64,000 nucleotides of DNA from an uncultured Clostridia bacterium (GCA_947649575.1 CANSRZ010000003.1:35996-99995); one strand, 5' to 3'. Shown: positions 18,298 through 29,115, counted from the stretch's first letter. Numbers and translations: made by a program. The notes: generated by a model from the letters alone, not told the origin.

Positions 18298-20868
18298 ATG
18301 GCAAAAATAAATGTTGTGAAAGAAAAAAGCAAATTCACAGAATTGTTTATAAAAAAGAAAATTGTTGGGTTAAAGATAAATCAGACCCAAAAGTTTTCTA
18401 ATGTTAAAATAAAAAAACTGTTTGATATTGACGATTTCAAAATTTCTTTCAAGAAAAAACAAAAAGAGCCTGCTGAGCCTCCAAAGCCTGTCGTGCGATA
18501 TGAGGTTAATCATCAAACAGGGCTGACTGATGAGCAAATTCTTGAACGCAAAACTTCTGGACTTATAAACAACACAAAAATCAAAACTTCAAAATCTTAT
18601 GTTTCAATTTTTGTTAAAAACATATTCACCTTTTTCAATATGATTTGGCTTATAATCGCAGTTGCACTCTGCCTTGTGGGAGCAATCACTGACTTAATGT
18701 TCTTGGTAGTCGTTGTATCAAACACTGCAATTGCAATCATTCAAGAAATCAGAGCAAAAATAACAGTTGAAAAATTGTCGCTTCAAACTCTTCCTCACGT
18801 AAAGGTTATCAGAAATAGTCAAGAGGTTGACATAAATTCTGAAGAAATTGTGCTTGACGATATAATTCAACTTGGCAATGGCAATCAAATCCCTGCTGAC
18901 TGTATACTTGTTGACGGCAAGGTTGAGGTTAATGAAAGCCTTTTGACTGGCGAAAGTAATTCTATTGTAAAACGCAAAGGTGATATGCTTTTATCAGGCT
19001 CATACATCGTTTCAGGCTCTTGCCTTGCAAGAGTTGACAAGGTCGGCAAAGATAACTATATGTTTCAAGTGGCTGCCAAAGCAAGAGAATTTAAAGCACC
19101 TCAAAGCAACCTCTTTAAAGATATCAACCGCCTTATCAAATACATTGGCATTGCGCTTATCCCAATCGCAGGACTAACGTTCTATAAAGAATTCAACAAA
19201 CTTGGAATTGAAAAAATACAAGAAGTTGTTCAAAACACAAGTGGCTCACTTGTGGCAATGATTCCATCAGGCATGTTCCTTTTGATAACAATCTCGCTTG
19301 CAATAGGCGTTATCAAATTGGCTAGAAAAAAGACTCTTGTTCGCGATGTTTATTCAATAGAAATGCTGTCAAGAACAAATGTGCTTTGCCTTGACAAAAC
19401 TGGCACAATAACTGACGGCACAATGAATGTTGTAGAATTTAAAACTTTTACAAAACAAAGAAAAAGCACTGTTAAAAATACCCTTTCATCTATATTGTAC
19501 AATCAAAAATCTTCAAATGCAACTTCAAACGCTTTAATCAAAGAGTTCGGCATAGTTGATGGCATCGTAGCCAGAAACACAATCGAATTTTCATCTGAAA
19601 GAAAATATTCTGTCACTGAACTTGAAAAGAACAAGATATATTTCCTAGGTGCAACCTCATTTATCAGATGCAAACTGACTGCTGAACAAAAGTCGTTTAT
19701 TGATAACGCATCAAACAAAGGACTTCGCGTTATTGCTTTAACAGAACTTAACACGACTTTCAATGAAAATATAACCGGCGAGAACTCTTCTGTGCTTGCA
19801 CTTATCGCACTAGAAGAACATATCAGAAAAGATGCAATAGAAACAATAAATTGGTTTAAAGATAATGGCGTGCAGGTTAAAATTATATCTGGTGACGCAC
19901 CTGCAACAGTATCTAAAATTGCATCGCGCGTTGGCGTTGCCGATTGCGATAAATATGTATCTCTTGAAAATGTTAGTTTAAATGAAGTTGAGCAAATTGC
20001 TGATCAATTTACAGTTTTCGGACGTGTTACACCTGAACAAAAATATACAATTATCAAAGCATTGAAGAAAAAAGGAAATGTTGTTTCAATGACAGGCGAC
20101 GGCGTTAACGACAGTCTTGCTCTTAAAGAGGCTGACTGCTCTATTGCAATGGCTGACGGCAGTGAAGTTGCTAGAAATATTTCAAACATAGTTCTGCTAA
20201 ACTCAAACTTCTCTTCGCTTCCCGCAATTGTTAAAGAGGGCAGGCAAGTTGTCAACAATGTTCAAAACTCCTCTGCCCTTTATCTTATGAAAACATTCTT
20301 TGCAATCATTCTAAGTTTAACTACCCTTATCTTTGGTCTAAATTATCCGTTCATTCCTCGAATGATGTTCTTGCTTGAGTTCTTCATTATAGGAATTCCA
20401 TCATTCCTTATGACATTTGAGCCAAATACAAAACAAATTAAAGGCAACTTTATCCCGCAAGTTATGAAACGAGCCTTGCCAAGATCACTTTTGATGCTTG
20501 TAAGCATATTGATAATAGTATTCTTATCAGCAAAAGCTACAAGCCCATTTACGCCAGAAGAAGTCAGCACTTTATGCGTGCTTGTTCTGACTTATACAGG
20601 TCTCATAAATCTTATCACACTTTGCATTCCTTTTACAATCATAAGAGGCCTAGCAATTGGCATTTGCGCAGTCGGACTTGTCTTAACAAGTGTGATTATG
20701 CCAGAATTTTTCAATATGACAGCCTTTACAGCGCCTGTTATGATAACTTTCTCGGCTGTTATATTCGTGGCAATTGTGCTTTTGATTTTAATAAAATTTA
20801 ACAAGAATTTGATTAATAAAGTCAAACAAAGAATTATCAGATTGTTACAGAAATCTGACGAACAATAA
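18298..20868 (+). CDS. Cation-transporting P-type ATPase (P2/HAD-IC type) with a lysine-rich ~70-aa N-terminal extension
   Basis: Motifs CLDKTGTITDG, MTGDGVNDSLALKEADCSIAM, TGES and PAD, with about 10 TM segments. The ATG lies 7 nt after a TATACT -10 box, so the mRNA may be leaderless. Confidence 0.9.
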   Translation: MAKINVVKEKSKFTELFIKKKIVGLKINQTQKFSNVKIKKLFDIDDFKISFKKKQKEPAEPPKPVVRYEVNHQTGLTDEQILERKTSGLINNTKIKTSKSYVSIFVKNIFTFFNMIWLIIAVALCLVGAITDLMFLVVVVSNTAIAIIQEIRAKITVEKLSLQTLPHVKVIRNSQEVDINSEEIVLDDIIQLGNGNQIPADCILVDGKVEVNESLLTGESNSIVKRKGDMLLSGSYIVSGSCLARVDKVGKDNYMFQVAAKAREFKAPQSNLFKDINRLIKYIGIALIPIAGLTFYKEFNKLGIEKIQEVVQNTSGSLVAMIPSGMFLLITISLAIGVIKLARKKTLVRDVYSIEMLSRTNVLCLDKTGTITDGTMNVVEFKTFTKQRKSTVKNTLSSILYNQKSSNATSNALIKEFGIVDGIVARNTIEFSSERKYSVTELEKNKIYFLGATSFIRCKLTAEQKSFIDNASNKGLRVIALTELNTTFNENITGENSSVLALIALEEHIRKDAIETINWFKDNGVQVKIISGDAPATVSKIASRVGVADCDKYVSLENVSLNEVEQIADQFTVFGRVTPEQKYTIIKALKKKGNVVSMTGDGVNDSLALKEADCSIAMADGSEVARNISNIVLLNSNFSSLPAIVKEGRQVVNNVQNSSALYLMKTFFAIILSLTTLIFGLNYPFIPRMMFLLEFFIIGIPSFLMTFEPNTKQIKGNFIPQVMKRALPRSLLMLVSILIIVFLSAKATSPFTPEEVSTLCVLVLTYTGLINLITLCIPFTIIRGLAIGICAVGLVLTSVIMPEFFNMTAFTAPVMITFSAVIFVAIVLLILIKFNKNLINKVKQRIIRLLQKSDEQ

Positions 20869-20897
20869 AAAAATCACGATTAAATCGTGATTTTTTA
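20867..20897. terminator. Bidirectional intrinsic terminator
   Basis: AAAAAAATCACGATT-a-AATCGTGATTTTTT lies between convergent genes. Confidence 0.8.
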
Positions 20898-20899
20898 TT

Positions 20900-21682
20900 T
20901 TATTGAATAAAATCTTCAACTGCTTTAGAAAATCTATAAAGATTTGCTTTTACATTAAATGTAAAGACTAAAGCAACATCTTCAGGTTTATCGTCTGGCT
21001 TAACATAGTTGCCATAAACAGGAATGATTACTTTAATGTCTTTAAATTGATTTTCTTCTTGAAGAGCAATATAATATTCATTAAAATAAATTTTTTCTGC
21101 TTGTGGATTTCTGATAGATTTATAAACACTTCTATCGCTGTTCAATACAGGCAAATCTTTGTCAAATTTCACTCTAAGATAGTTTTGGCTGTCAAGCAAA
21201 GTTGTGATATTTGATTGACTGAACTGTTGATAAGTTTCATTGTCCTCATCAAAGCTGTAGTTGCCAACTTGACCAGAAAACATAGCACTGAAAATTGACA
21301 TATTAAAGGCTTTTTGATAAAGCTTATTAAACTCATCATATCTTGAATTAGAAATATCAACAACGCATGTTGGTATGTTGCTTCCATTTTGATAAACTGA
21401 ATACTCTACTATCTCTGTTTCCATAACAAAATGAGGCATAACATTTACTTGCACGCAAGCAAGCACCAAAATCAAAACTGCAAGCACAAAAGAGGCGCTT
21501 AAAGCAATGATATAACTAAGTTTTTTCTTAAAACTTTTCTTAGCAATATATTTCTCTAAAACTTGATTTTTTGTTTGTTCTTCTTTTTCAGCCTGAGCTT
21601 GCTCTTGAGCCTTAGCAGTTTCTTCAACTGGCAAAACTTCTTGTTCAAGTTCTGGTTGTAATTTTTCTTGTTTCTCTGTCAT
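20900..21682 (-). CDS. Hypothetical single-pass membrane protein (acidic/Gln-rich N-tail, external domain)
   Basis: One TM segment (LSYIIALSASFVLAVLILVLACV). Tightly coupled to ftsH, 3 nt downstream of its stop. No recognised motif. Confidence 0.6.
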   Translation of the reverse strand: MTEKQEKLQPELEQEVLPVEETAKAQEQAQAEKEEQTKNQVLEKYIAKKSFKKKLSYIIALSASFVLAVLILVLACVQVNVMPHFVMETEIVEYSVYQNGSNIPTCVVDISNSRYDEFNKLYQKAFNMSIFSAMFSGQVGNYSFDEDNETYQQFSQSNITTLLDSQNYLRVKFDKDLPVLNSDRSVYKSIRNPQAEKIYFNEYYIALQEENQFKDIKVIIPVYGNYVKPDDKPEDVALVFTFNVKANLYRFSKAVEDFIQ

Positions 21683-21685
21683 AAA

Positions 21686-24043
21686 TTATTCCCCTTTGTT
21701 GTCATCGTCTGTCTTTGTTGATTTTTGTCTGTTCAATTTCTCTTTCAAGATTTCTTTTGCAGAACGCTCTTTTGTTGGCTCTGCTTTTTTCTCTGCTAGC
21801 TTTGGCTCTTCTTTTTTAACAGTTTCAACCTTTTTTGTCGCAACTTTTTTAGCAGGTTCTTTTTTCTCAGTAGCAGGTTTAGCACTTGCTTTTGGCTTTT
21901 CCCCAGCAGTGATTGTTACCTTAACCTCAGCAGGTTTTTCTGCCTTTTCAAGTTCGCTAACAAAATTTTCATATTCTTTTTTGATTGCGTCATATTCTTC
22001 TTTAGAAATTATGCCAGCATTCAAAAGCTTTTCGCCGTCAATAATTTTTTGCTTGTAAGTGTCAAGCTTTGCTTGTTGAGCCAAGCGTTTACGTTCTTCA
22101 TCTTCCTTGGCTTTTTGTGCCTTATCTTTCTTTTCAAGCAGTTTCATAATTTCGTCAGCAGATTTGCCCTCAACAAGAAGATCTGTTTCATATTTGTAAA
22201 TTGTTTCCCTTTCCAAAAGAAGTTTAACCATCTCATGCAAAAGAGTTGTGTTTTCGCTGAGAATTTTCTTAGCGCGTTTATAGTTATAATCCAAAATTTC
22301 TCTGATTTCATCGTCAGCCTCAGAAGCAAGTTTGTCAGAAAAATCATTTTTAGTTTGATAATCTCTGCCAATAAACACTTGTTCAGAGGTGTCAAGCGAA
22401 ATAAATCCAAGACGTTTGCTCATGCCATAGCGATAAACCATGTTGTGAGCGATTTTTGTAGCATGATTGATATCTCCTGATGCACCAGTTGTGATATCTT
22501 TAAAGATAAGTTCCTCTGCAATTCGTCCGCCCATACTCATTGCAATTTCATCCATAAGATGATTGTATGTGTCGCTTCTATCATCGTTTTCAGGTCTTTG
22601 CATTGTGTAGCCTGCTGCGCCTCCACGAGGAATGATTGAAACTTCTTGAACTGTGTCGCAGTGTGGCAATTTTCTTGCTAGGATTGCATGGCCTGCTTCA
22701 TGATAAGCAGTAAGTTTTTTGTCTTTTTCAGTAACAAGTCTGCTCTTCTTTTGAGGTCCCATCATAACTTTGTTGATACCCTCTGTGATATCAGTCATAA
22801 TGATTTTTGGTCTGTTTGCTCTTGCAGCCAAGATTGCAGCTTCGTTAAGCATGTTTTCAATATCAGCGCCTGTAAAGCCAACAGTTATTTTTGCAAGAAC
22901 ATTGAAGTCAACGTTTTCGTCAATAGGCTTGTTTTTTGCATGAATTTTTAAAATTCCCTCTCTGCCTTTGACGTCTGGAATGTTAACATAAATTTGTCTG
23001 TCAAATCTGCCTGGACGCATAAGCGCTGGGTCAAGAACGTCGCTTCTGTTTGTTGCTGCCAAAACGATAATTCCCTCGTTTGACTCAAAGCCATCCATTT
23101 CAACAAGAAGTTGATTGAGAGTTTGTTCACGTTCATCATTTCCGCCGCCAAGGCCAGCACCTCTTTGACGACCAACAGCGTCGATTTCGTCAATAAATAT
23201 GATGCAAGGCTTTTTAGCTTTTGCCTGTTCAAACAAATCACGAACTCTTGAAGCACCAACACCGACAAACATTTCAACAAAGTCTGAGCCACTTATTGAA
23301 ATGAATGGAACATTAGCTTCACCTGCAACGGCTCTTGCAAGCAAAGTTTTACCAGTTCCTGGAGGACCTACAAGAAGCACACCTTTTGGAATTCTTGCAC
23401 CAAGTTGAGTGAATTTTCTAGGATTTTTCAAGAATTCAACAATTTCAGCAAGTTCTTCCTTTTCTTCCTCAGTGCCAGCAACATCAGCAAACTTAACTTT
23501 GCTTGAAATATATGCTCTTGCGTTAGATTTGCCAAAGCTCATTGCACCTTTGTTAGCTCCGCCAATCATCTTAAATATCATCCAGATAAGGAAGATGCCA
23601 AAGCCAATGTAAAGAATTGGATAAATTATATCCCACCAGTTAATGCCGTTTGGCATTGGCCCTGAGTTTTGAATTTGAATTGCTCCCTCAGTGCTGTTAT
23701 GCTCTTGAATAAGCTTGTTTATTCTGTCAATCATGTCGCTTTCAGCGTATCTGTCAAAATAGAAATAATAGTCAGAATATTTTGGAAAACTTGCTTCAAA
23801 TTTTGAGTCTTTTACAAGCACATAAGCAACTCCGTCTTTGTGATAAAACGCAATTATTTGTTGAGCTTCGCTTTGGTCATCGCGTTTATATTCACCGTTA
23901 ATAAGTTCAACCATGTCGTTTTCACGGTCAACCAAAAGTACGCCCTTGTATCCGCTTGGAATAAATATCAAGCATAATAGTGCCACAATCAGTAACAACA
24001 TTACCACATATGACATTTTAAATTTAGATTTTTGATCTTTCAA
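21686..24043 (-). CDS. ftsH: ATP-dependent zinc metalloprotease FtsH with a long Lys/Glu/Ala-rich C-terminal extension
   Basis: Walker [23 protein letters not shown], Walker [10 protein letters not shown], the SRH region and the zinc site HEAGHA. The start is placed at TTG 24043, 5 nt after AGGAGG; ATG 24016 is an alternative. Confidence 0.9.
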   Translation of the reverse strand: MKDQKSKFKMSYVVMLLLIVALLCLIFIPSGYKGVLLVDRENDMVELINGEYKRDDQSEAQQIIAFYHKDGVAYVLVKDSKFEASFPKYSDYYFYFDRYAESDMIDRINKLIQEHNSTEGAIQIQNSGPMPNGINWWDIIYPILYIGFGIFLIWMIFKMIGGANKGAMSFGKSNARAYISSKVKFADVAGTEEEKEELAEIVEFLKNPRKFTQLGARIPKGVLLVGPPGTGKTLLARAVAGEANVPFISISGSDFVEMFVGVGASRVRDLFEQAKAKKPCIIFIDEIDAVGRQRGAGLGGGNDEREQTLNQLLVEMDGFESNEGIIVLAATNRSDVLDPALMRPGRFDRQIYVNIPDVKGREGILKIHAKNKPIDENVDFNVLAKITVGFTGADIENMLNEAAILAARANRPKIIMTDITEGINKVMMGPQKKSRLVTEKDKKLTAYHEAGHAILARKLPHCDTVQEVSIIPRGGAAGYTMQRPENDDRSDTYNHLMDEIAMSMGGRIAEELIFKDITTGASGDINHATKIAHNMVYRYGMSKRLGFISLDTSEQVFIGRDYQTKNDFSDKLASEADDEIREILDYNYKRAKKILSENTTLLHEMVKLLLERETIYKYETDLLVEGKSADEIMKLLEKKDKAQKAKEDEERKRLAQQAKLDTYKQKIIDGEKLLNAGIISKEEYDAIKKEYENFVSELEKAEKPAEVKVTITAGEKPKASAKPATEKKEPAKKVATKKVETVKKEEPKLAEKKAEPTKERSAKEILKEKLNRQKSTKTDDDNKGE

Positions 24044-24193
24044 TTTAGCCTCCTGTTTTGCAATATTACAAGATATTTTAGCACAAAATTTGGAAATTAG
24101 CAACAGTTTTTAAGGCTACTTTATAAATATTTATATATAAAGCACACAATTGACGCAAATTTCGACAAATTTTTATAAAACAAAAGAGCGATT

Positions 24194-25636
24194 TTATTCG
24201 CTCTTACAGTTTATGTTTAATATAAAGTTAACATTATTCAAAATATCTTCTTTATTTTCAAGTTTTTCATAAAATTCTTTAAATTTGCCACCAGAACTCA
24301 TCATCATTCCTGTAACATTAATAACGTCTGCTTTGTTTTTTCTAAGCTCTTTTATCGCGCCTGCAAATGAACGCTTGCATTCAGCTTCAATTTTGTCCTT
24401 TATCTTTTTTGATAAAACCGTGAATTCGCTGTTTAATTTAAGGTCATCTTTTTCACCTTGAATTTCAATAAGTTCAAGTCCAAGAGTAACGTCAAGTGAT
24501 AAAATCGGATTGCCATTTTGCATCTTTAATGATTGGCGCACTGTTTTTTTTCTGACTGCATAAGTGAGTTTAGCATCCTTAAAAATATCATCCTCAATAT
24601 GCTCAACTGCAATAAGTTGCCCAATTGCTTTCTGATTCATAATATTAAGCCCCTCAACAATCTTTTCATCCAGCATTTCAACACGTTTGCCGTCTTTGAT
24701 TAAAACAACTTTGCCATCATTGACAATTTTGCGCTTGCTTTCAGAGGTCGTCTGTCCAGAAGAGCCACTTTCTCCTCCGTTTTCACCGCCAGCTTCACCG
24801 CCCTCTTCTCCACCAGAGTTTCCGCCAGCATCACCACCAGAATTGCCTCCACTTTGACCGCCATCAGAACTAGAACTGTCACTAGACTCGCCGCTGCTTT
24901 CGCCCTCGCCACTGCCTGAGCCTCCACCATCATCACTTCCGCTTTCACCGCCACCGCCTGAGCCACTACTGCCAGAGCATGACGTAGAGCCTGATTGCCC
25001 TGATTCCATTGATGCAACATCGGCATCATTTTCGTCAACAAGTTCAAGATAGCCTACAAGTGAAGCGCGCACGTCGCTGAAATAGCCTTTATAGAAAGAT
25101 TCCAAAGTTGTGTCAGTTACATAAACATTTTTTACATCATAAGCAATAAGTTGGTCAAGTTTTAAGCCCAAGTCTTCGCCCAAAGTTTGTGAAGCTTTTA
25201 AAAAATCTTTAGCACAACTGTTTGTTGTGATAAAAATTGTATTTTCTGAAAGTGACGCAATTCTGCTTAGATAATCCAATGTTGGAGCAATATCTTCTTC
25301 AAGCAAGAAATGCCCAACAACAGTGGTTCTTGCATGAGATAGCCCAACTCTTTTCCCCATTGCAATCTGAGCTTGATAAAGTGCGTCTGCAATACAACTG
25401 CCCTTTGCGCTGATGACTGAATTTGTTTCGTTATATGTCGGATTTGCTGTTGGAATAAAAGTTAAAAGTGAAAGTTCAATTTCATCATCAACTCTGTCAA
25501 TGCCGACCGCTGTAACAACTGCTCTGTCCTTGTTTTCTCCTGGGGAGAAAATTGCAATTGGAGTAAAAAACACCAAGATAATAATAAACACCAAAAGCAT
25601 AGGCGTTTTTTTGAAGTTTTTAAAAAATCTTTTCAT
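24194..25636 (-). CDS. Ger(x)C-family spore germination protein: atypical, with no lipobox Cys and a ~90-aa Gly/Ser/Glu insert
   Basis: Third gene of the gerA-type operon. It has the N-terminal RAVVTAVGIDRVDDEIELSL motif and a C-terminal Ger(x)C-like domain. The insert reads GQSGSTSCSGSSGSGGGGESGSDDGGGSGSGEGESSGESSDSSSSDGGQSGGNSGGDAGGNSGGEEGGEAGGENGGESGSSG. Confidence 0.7.
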   Translation of the reverse strand: MKRFFKNFKKTPMLLVFIIILVFFTPIAIFSPGENKDRAVVTAVGIDRVDDEIELSLLTFIPTANPTYNETNSVISAKGSCIADALYQAQIAMGKRVGLSHARTTVVGHFLLEEDIAPTLDYLSRIASLSENTIFITTNSCAKDFLKASQTLGEDLGLKLDQLIAYDVKNVYVTDTTLESFYKGYFSDVRASLVGYLELVDENDADVASMESGQSGSTSCSGSSGSGGGGESGSDDGGGSGSGEGESSGESSDSSSSDGGQSGGNSGGDAGGNSGGEEGGEAGGENGGESGSSGQTTSESKRKIVNDGKVVLIKDGKRVEMLDEKIVEGLNIMNQKAIGQLIAVEHIEDDIFKDAKLTYAVRKKTVRQSLKMQNGNPILSLDVTLGLELIEIQGEKDDLKLNSEFTVLSKKIKDKIEAECKRSFAGAIKELRKNKADVINVTGMMMSSGGKFKEFYEKLENKEDILNNVNFILNINCKSE

Positions 25637-26747
25637 ATTCTTTCCCCTTTTTCTTAGTTAACGCAATTATCGCGACAGTCAATGGAACAAGGAAATTGAC
25701 AACTATCATGAAATATGGAAAATAATTTTCTGTTGAATCAATAAAGAAATCATATTGACTAAGCAAGCCATAATACAGCACAAAAAAGGTTATTATATAA
25801 AGAACAACCGCATGTATATTGTTTAATTTTGGGAAAATATCCAAAAAACTGCTACAAAAGCCATAAATAAACAGCTCCAACTGAAAATATGTCATCATCA
25901 TAACAGTTATCATTGCAATGATATCAAGCCTGCCAATTCCTGTGAACTGCGCAGGAACAGAAGAGATATCAACAATAGCGTTTGTGTGCATAAATGCTGT
26001 AACTTGATAAATTGAATAAAAACGGATAAGAAGCAACAGCATCAAAGTTATGCCAACAAGAGCAAATGATAAAATTTTTCTGCCCTGACCTTTTTTGATT
26101 TCAATTTTATCCATGATGATAAACAGCAATAAATAATCTCCAAAAGAAAAGGCGTGTTTAAAACTTGAACTTAAAAATGATTGAATTTGAGTTTGAAAAA
26201 GTTGAGGCATTCCACCTCCATTTGTAAATGAAATACCAATGCAAACAACCAATCCAGCAACAACAATATAAAAGAAAAGCTCAATTGTACGCGAGATTGT
26301 TCTTATTCCGCAAAACACTCCGTGGCAGATAACTGGAAATATTGATATTATTGCAATAAGTTCAAATTGGTCTTGATAAACCTGTTGTTTTAAAAACAAT
26401 AATACAACTGAATATGCAAGCAAAGATTTAAACAAGAAAAATATCATAAACAGTGCCAAAATTATCTTTGCCAAAATTTTGCCCAAATGGTCTTTTAAAA
26501 TATCATAAAACTTATCATCTGGAAAACGAGCTTTAAGCAAGAAAAACGTACCCAAAACAAGCAGGTCAAAAAACATTAAACCTGCAACAACAAAAAAGCC
26601 GTCAGCACCAACCTCACTGTGCAAAAGTGAAGGCAAAGTTAAAAATGCGTTGGCAAAAATAAGCATAACACATATCATTCCTGTCTGTCTTGCCGAAATC
26701 TTTAAATCTTTCATTCTTCCCTCACTTTGTTTGGACTGTTCATACAC
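25620..26747 (-). CDS. Ger(x)B-family spore germination protein (APC-type permease fold)
   Basis: KISARQTGMICVMLIF opening, about 10 TM segments, and overlaps with both the gerA-like and gerC-like genes. Confidence 0.8.
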   Translation of the reverse strand: MYEQSKQSEGRMKDLKISARQTGMICVMLIFANAFLTLPSLLHSEVGADGFFVVAGLMFFDLLVLGTFFLLKARFPDDKFYDILKDHLGKILAKIILALFMIFFLFKSLLAYSVVLLFLKQQVYQDQFELIAIISIFPVICHGVFCGIRTISRTIELFFYIVVAGLVVCIGISFTNGGGMPQLFQTQIQSFLSSSFKHAFSFGDYLLLFIIMDKIEIKKGQGRKILSFALVGITLMLLLLIRFYSIYQVTAFMHTNAIVDISSVPAQFTGIGRLDIIAMITVMMMTYFQLELFIYGFCSSFLDIFPKLNNIHAVVLYIITFFVLYYGLLSQYDFFIDSTENYFPYFMIVVNFLVPLTVAIIALTKKKGKEYEKIF

Positions 26748-28138
26748 TTAGGCCGAGTTTTCATCTCAGTTAGCGCAGACTTGAATATGCCGTCTTTAAG
26801 GTCTTGCGGAATGCGCGGACTATATGGCGCAAGATAAGGCGTGCCATAACTGTCAAGAGTTGTTAGATAATTTACAAAATATACAAGTCCTCCTGCCAAC
26901 CCCAAAAGCCCAAGCGAGCCACCCAAAATCAAGAAAATAAACTGTAAAACTGTGATTTGAGAAGCCTCCTCAGGCGCAGTATAAAGCGCAATTTTTGCAA
27001 GAGCCACAACAATAACACCTGGCGGCGAAATTAATCCTGCTTTAACACCTGTATCGCCCAAAATTAAAGCTCCCACAATTGAAGTTGCAAGCCCAAGATA
27101 ACTTGGCAAGCGCAAAGAAACCTCATACAAGATTTGGAATAGCAAAGCAATAAACAGCATTTCAAGGAAAGGAGTAAACGGCAACCCTTGCGTTGTATCT
27201 GCCACAGTTATCAAAAAGTTTAAAGGCAAAACGTTATAATGAAACAGTTGTAATGCCAGATATGCGCCAGGCGCTAAAATTGCAATGATAATTCCAAGCA
27301 TTCTGACAACTCTGACCAGAGAAGCATAATGGTGATTTGTATAATAATCATTTGACGACTGCATTTCTTCAATCAAAATAAACGGAAGCGTCAGTACTAT
27401 TGGCGAATTGTCCACAATAATTGCAACTCTGCCCTCAAGCATTCTGCCTGCAACAATGTCAGGCTTTTCTGTGTTGCCCACCTGCTTAAACAAAGAGTCA
27501 GGCTTGTTCTCCAAAAACGAAAGTATGTAATAACTATCCAAAATGCCGTCAATCTTGATATTTTTTAATCGCTTTTCTATGTCTTTAATGACCTGCTTAT
27601 TTGCAATGCCGTCAAGATAAGCAATAACAATTTGGGTATTTGAATACTTGCCAATTTTCATTTGTTTAAAGACCAAGTCTTTGCTGTAAAGACGCCTGCG
27701 CAAAAGAGTTATATTTGTTTTGATATCCTCAACAAAGCCCTCTCTTGGGCCTTGAATAACTGGCGATGTCGGAGGCTCTGACGGCATACGCGTTGGATAA
27801 AATTGGATATCCACAGCCAAATATAATCCTGCTTTTTCAGTAAAAATAATAACTGCACCTTTCAAAATATTATCAATAATCTCATTTGTTTTTATTTCTT
27901 GAACATCGCTGTTTTTTACAATTTTATCTTGTAAAACATCAAGCGTTATATCGCCTTGATAGCGTGAGATTGGCTCATAAATGCCGTCAACAAAAAGTTG
28001 TTGGTCAGTAAAAGATTTGAGATACAAAAAACCTACTTTGTCGTCACCCTTAATAACAATTCGGCTGGCAACGTCAAAGCTGTTATGTAACTCTTGCTTG
28101 TATTTTTCAATTTCCTTTTCTACATTTAAAAAAGCCAT
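26711..28138 (-). CDS. Ger(x)A-family spore germination protein
   Basis: PSEPPTSPVIQGPREGFVEDIKTNITLLRRRL and a C-terminal TM bundle, typical of the GerAA/GerKA family. Confidence 0.85.
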   Translation of the reverse strand: MAFLNVEKEIEKYKQELHNSFDVASRIVIKGDDKVGFLYLKSFTDQQLFVDGIYEPISRYQGDITLDVLQDKIVKNSDVQEIKTNEIIDNILKGAVIIFTEKAGLYLAVDIQFYPTRMPSEPPTSPVIQGPREGFVEDIKTNITLLRRRLYSKDLVFKQMKIGKYSNTQIVIAYLDGIANKQVIKDIEKRLKNIKIDGILDSYYILSFLENKPDSLFKQVGNTEKPDIVAGRMLEGRVAIIVDNSPIVLTLPFILIEEMQSSNDYYTNHHYASLVRVVRMLGIIIAILAPGAYLALQLFHYNVLPLNFLITVADTTQGLPFTPFLEMLFIALLFQILYEVSLRLPSYLGLATSIVGALILGDTGVKAGLISPPGVIVVALAKIALYTAPEEASQITVLQFIFLILGGSLGLLGLAGGLVYFVNYLTTLDSYGTPYLAPYSPRIPQDLKDGIFKSALTEMKTRPKCMNSPNKVREE

Positions 28139-28194
28139 ACTCCTGTCCTTTAAAGGTAGTATGACTAAAACTTTTGTTTTTATGTGAATAAAAC

Positions 28195-29115
28195 TTAATT
28201 TGCAAACACAAAGTCGCCAGAATAAGTAATGTATTTGTTGTTTGAAACTGGCTTAGCTCCGATTTGTGCGTTAGCAACCATAATGCTTGAAATATCCACT
28301 CTGTAAGTATAAACTCCGCCAGCAACAGAAACTGAAAACTTTTCAGAAAGATAACTTTTGCCGTTTATATTAATTTCAATAGTGTCAACCTTATCACGCC
28401 CAACAATAATCAGTGTGTTTGAAGTTTGGCTTAGCGTAACGCTAGAAAACTGAGAAAGTTCTTGTGTAATTGTAAAGTTTTTTGTAAGCGGTTTTATTGT
28501 AGGTCTAAAATATTCACGATTTGAACGAGCAATAACTTGCACATCAATCACGCCAGGTGTAAGTTGATTAAAGTTAACAAAATTTGTTGTAACAGTTATT
28601 TTGTTGATTTTATCGCTTATCCAAACAACCTCATAGAAATCAGCATTTTCAACACTTTGCCAAGTGATTGTATCAGCATCAATTTCAGTAACAGGCGCGT
28701 CCAAATATGTATAATATTGCCAAGTTGTTATTCCGCTTTCTTCACTGTTGCCACCCTCAATTTCTCCAAGATAACAAACGGACACATTATAATTTGTGCC
28801 AAAAGTCAAGCCTTGCAATTGATTTATATGCAAAACACTGCTTTTGCTTTCAAAAGTTAGTTTATTTTTGCCGTCGTCAAATGAAAAACGATATCCCTCA
28901 AAATTATCATTTGCCTGAGCAATACAATAAATTTCGCCTTGCTGGTCAACAAATTTTACTCTTTCTGGAATAGTTTTGTTAAAGTTTAGAATAAAAATAG
29001 TAGTAAAGGCAACAAAAATACAAAGCATAATCACGCCAAAAGCCACAAAGCCCCATATTTGCTTTTTGCTTAGTTTTTTAGTTTTATTGTTGTCAACAAC
29101 AAGATTTTCTTCCAT
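28195..29115 (-). CDS. Hypothetical signal-anchored exported protein with FN3/Ig-like beta-rich repeats
   Basis: TM segment IWGFVAFGVIMLCIFVAFTTIFIL. ITWQSVENADFYEVVW is an FN3-like motif. Start is uncertain: ATG 29115 or TTG 29145. Confidence 0.55.
   Translation of the reverse strand: MEENLVVDNNKTKKLSKKQIWGFVAFGVIMLCIFVAFTTIFILNFNKTIPERVKFVDQQGEIYCIAQANDNFEGYRFSFDDGKNKLTFESKSSVLHINQLQGLTFGTNYNVSVCYLGEIEGGNSEESGITTWQYYTYLDAPVTEIDADTITWQSVENADFYEVVWISDKINKITVTTNFVNFNQLTPGVIDVQVIARSNREYFRPTIKPLTKNFTITQELSQFSSVTLSQTSNTLIIVGRDKVDTIEININGKSYLSEKFSVSVAGGVYTYRVDISSIMVANAQIGAKPVSNNKYITYSGDFVFAN

Noticed and set aside
24700-25047. 115-aa ORF within the gerC-like gene
   Set aside because: It is an alternative frame of the GC-rich Gly/Ser/Glu tract on the same strand, with no independent start signals.
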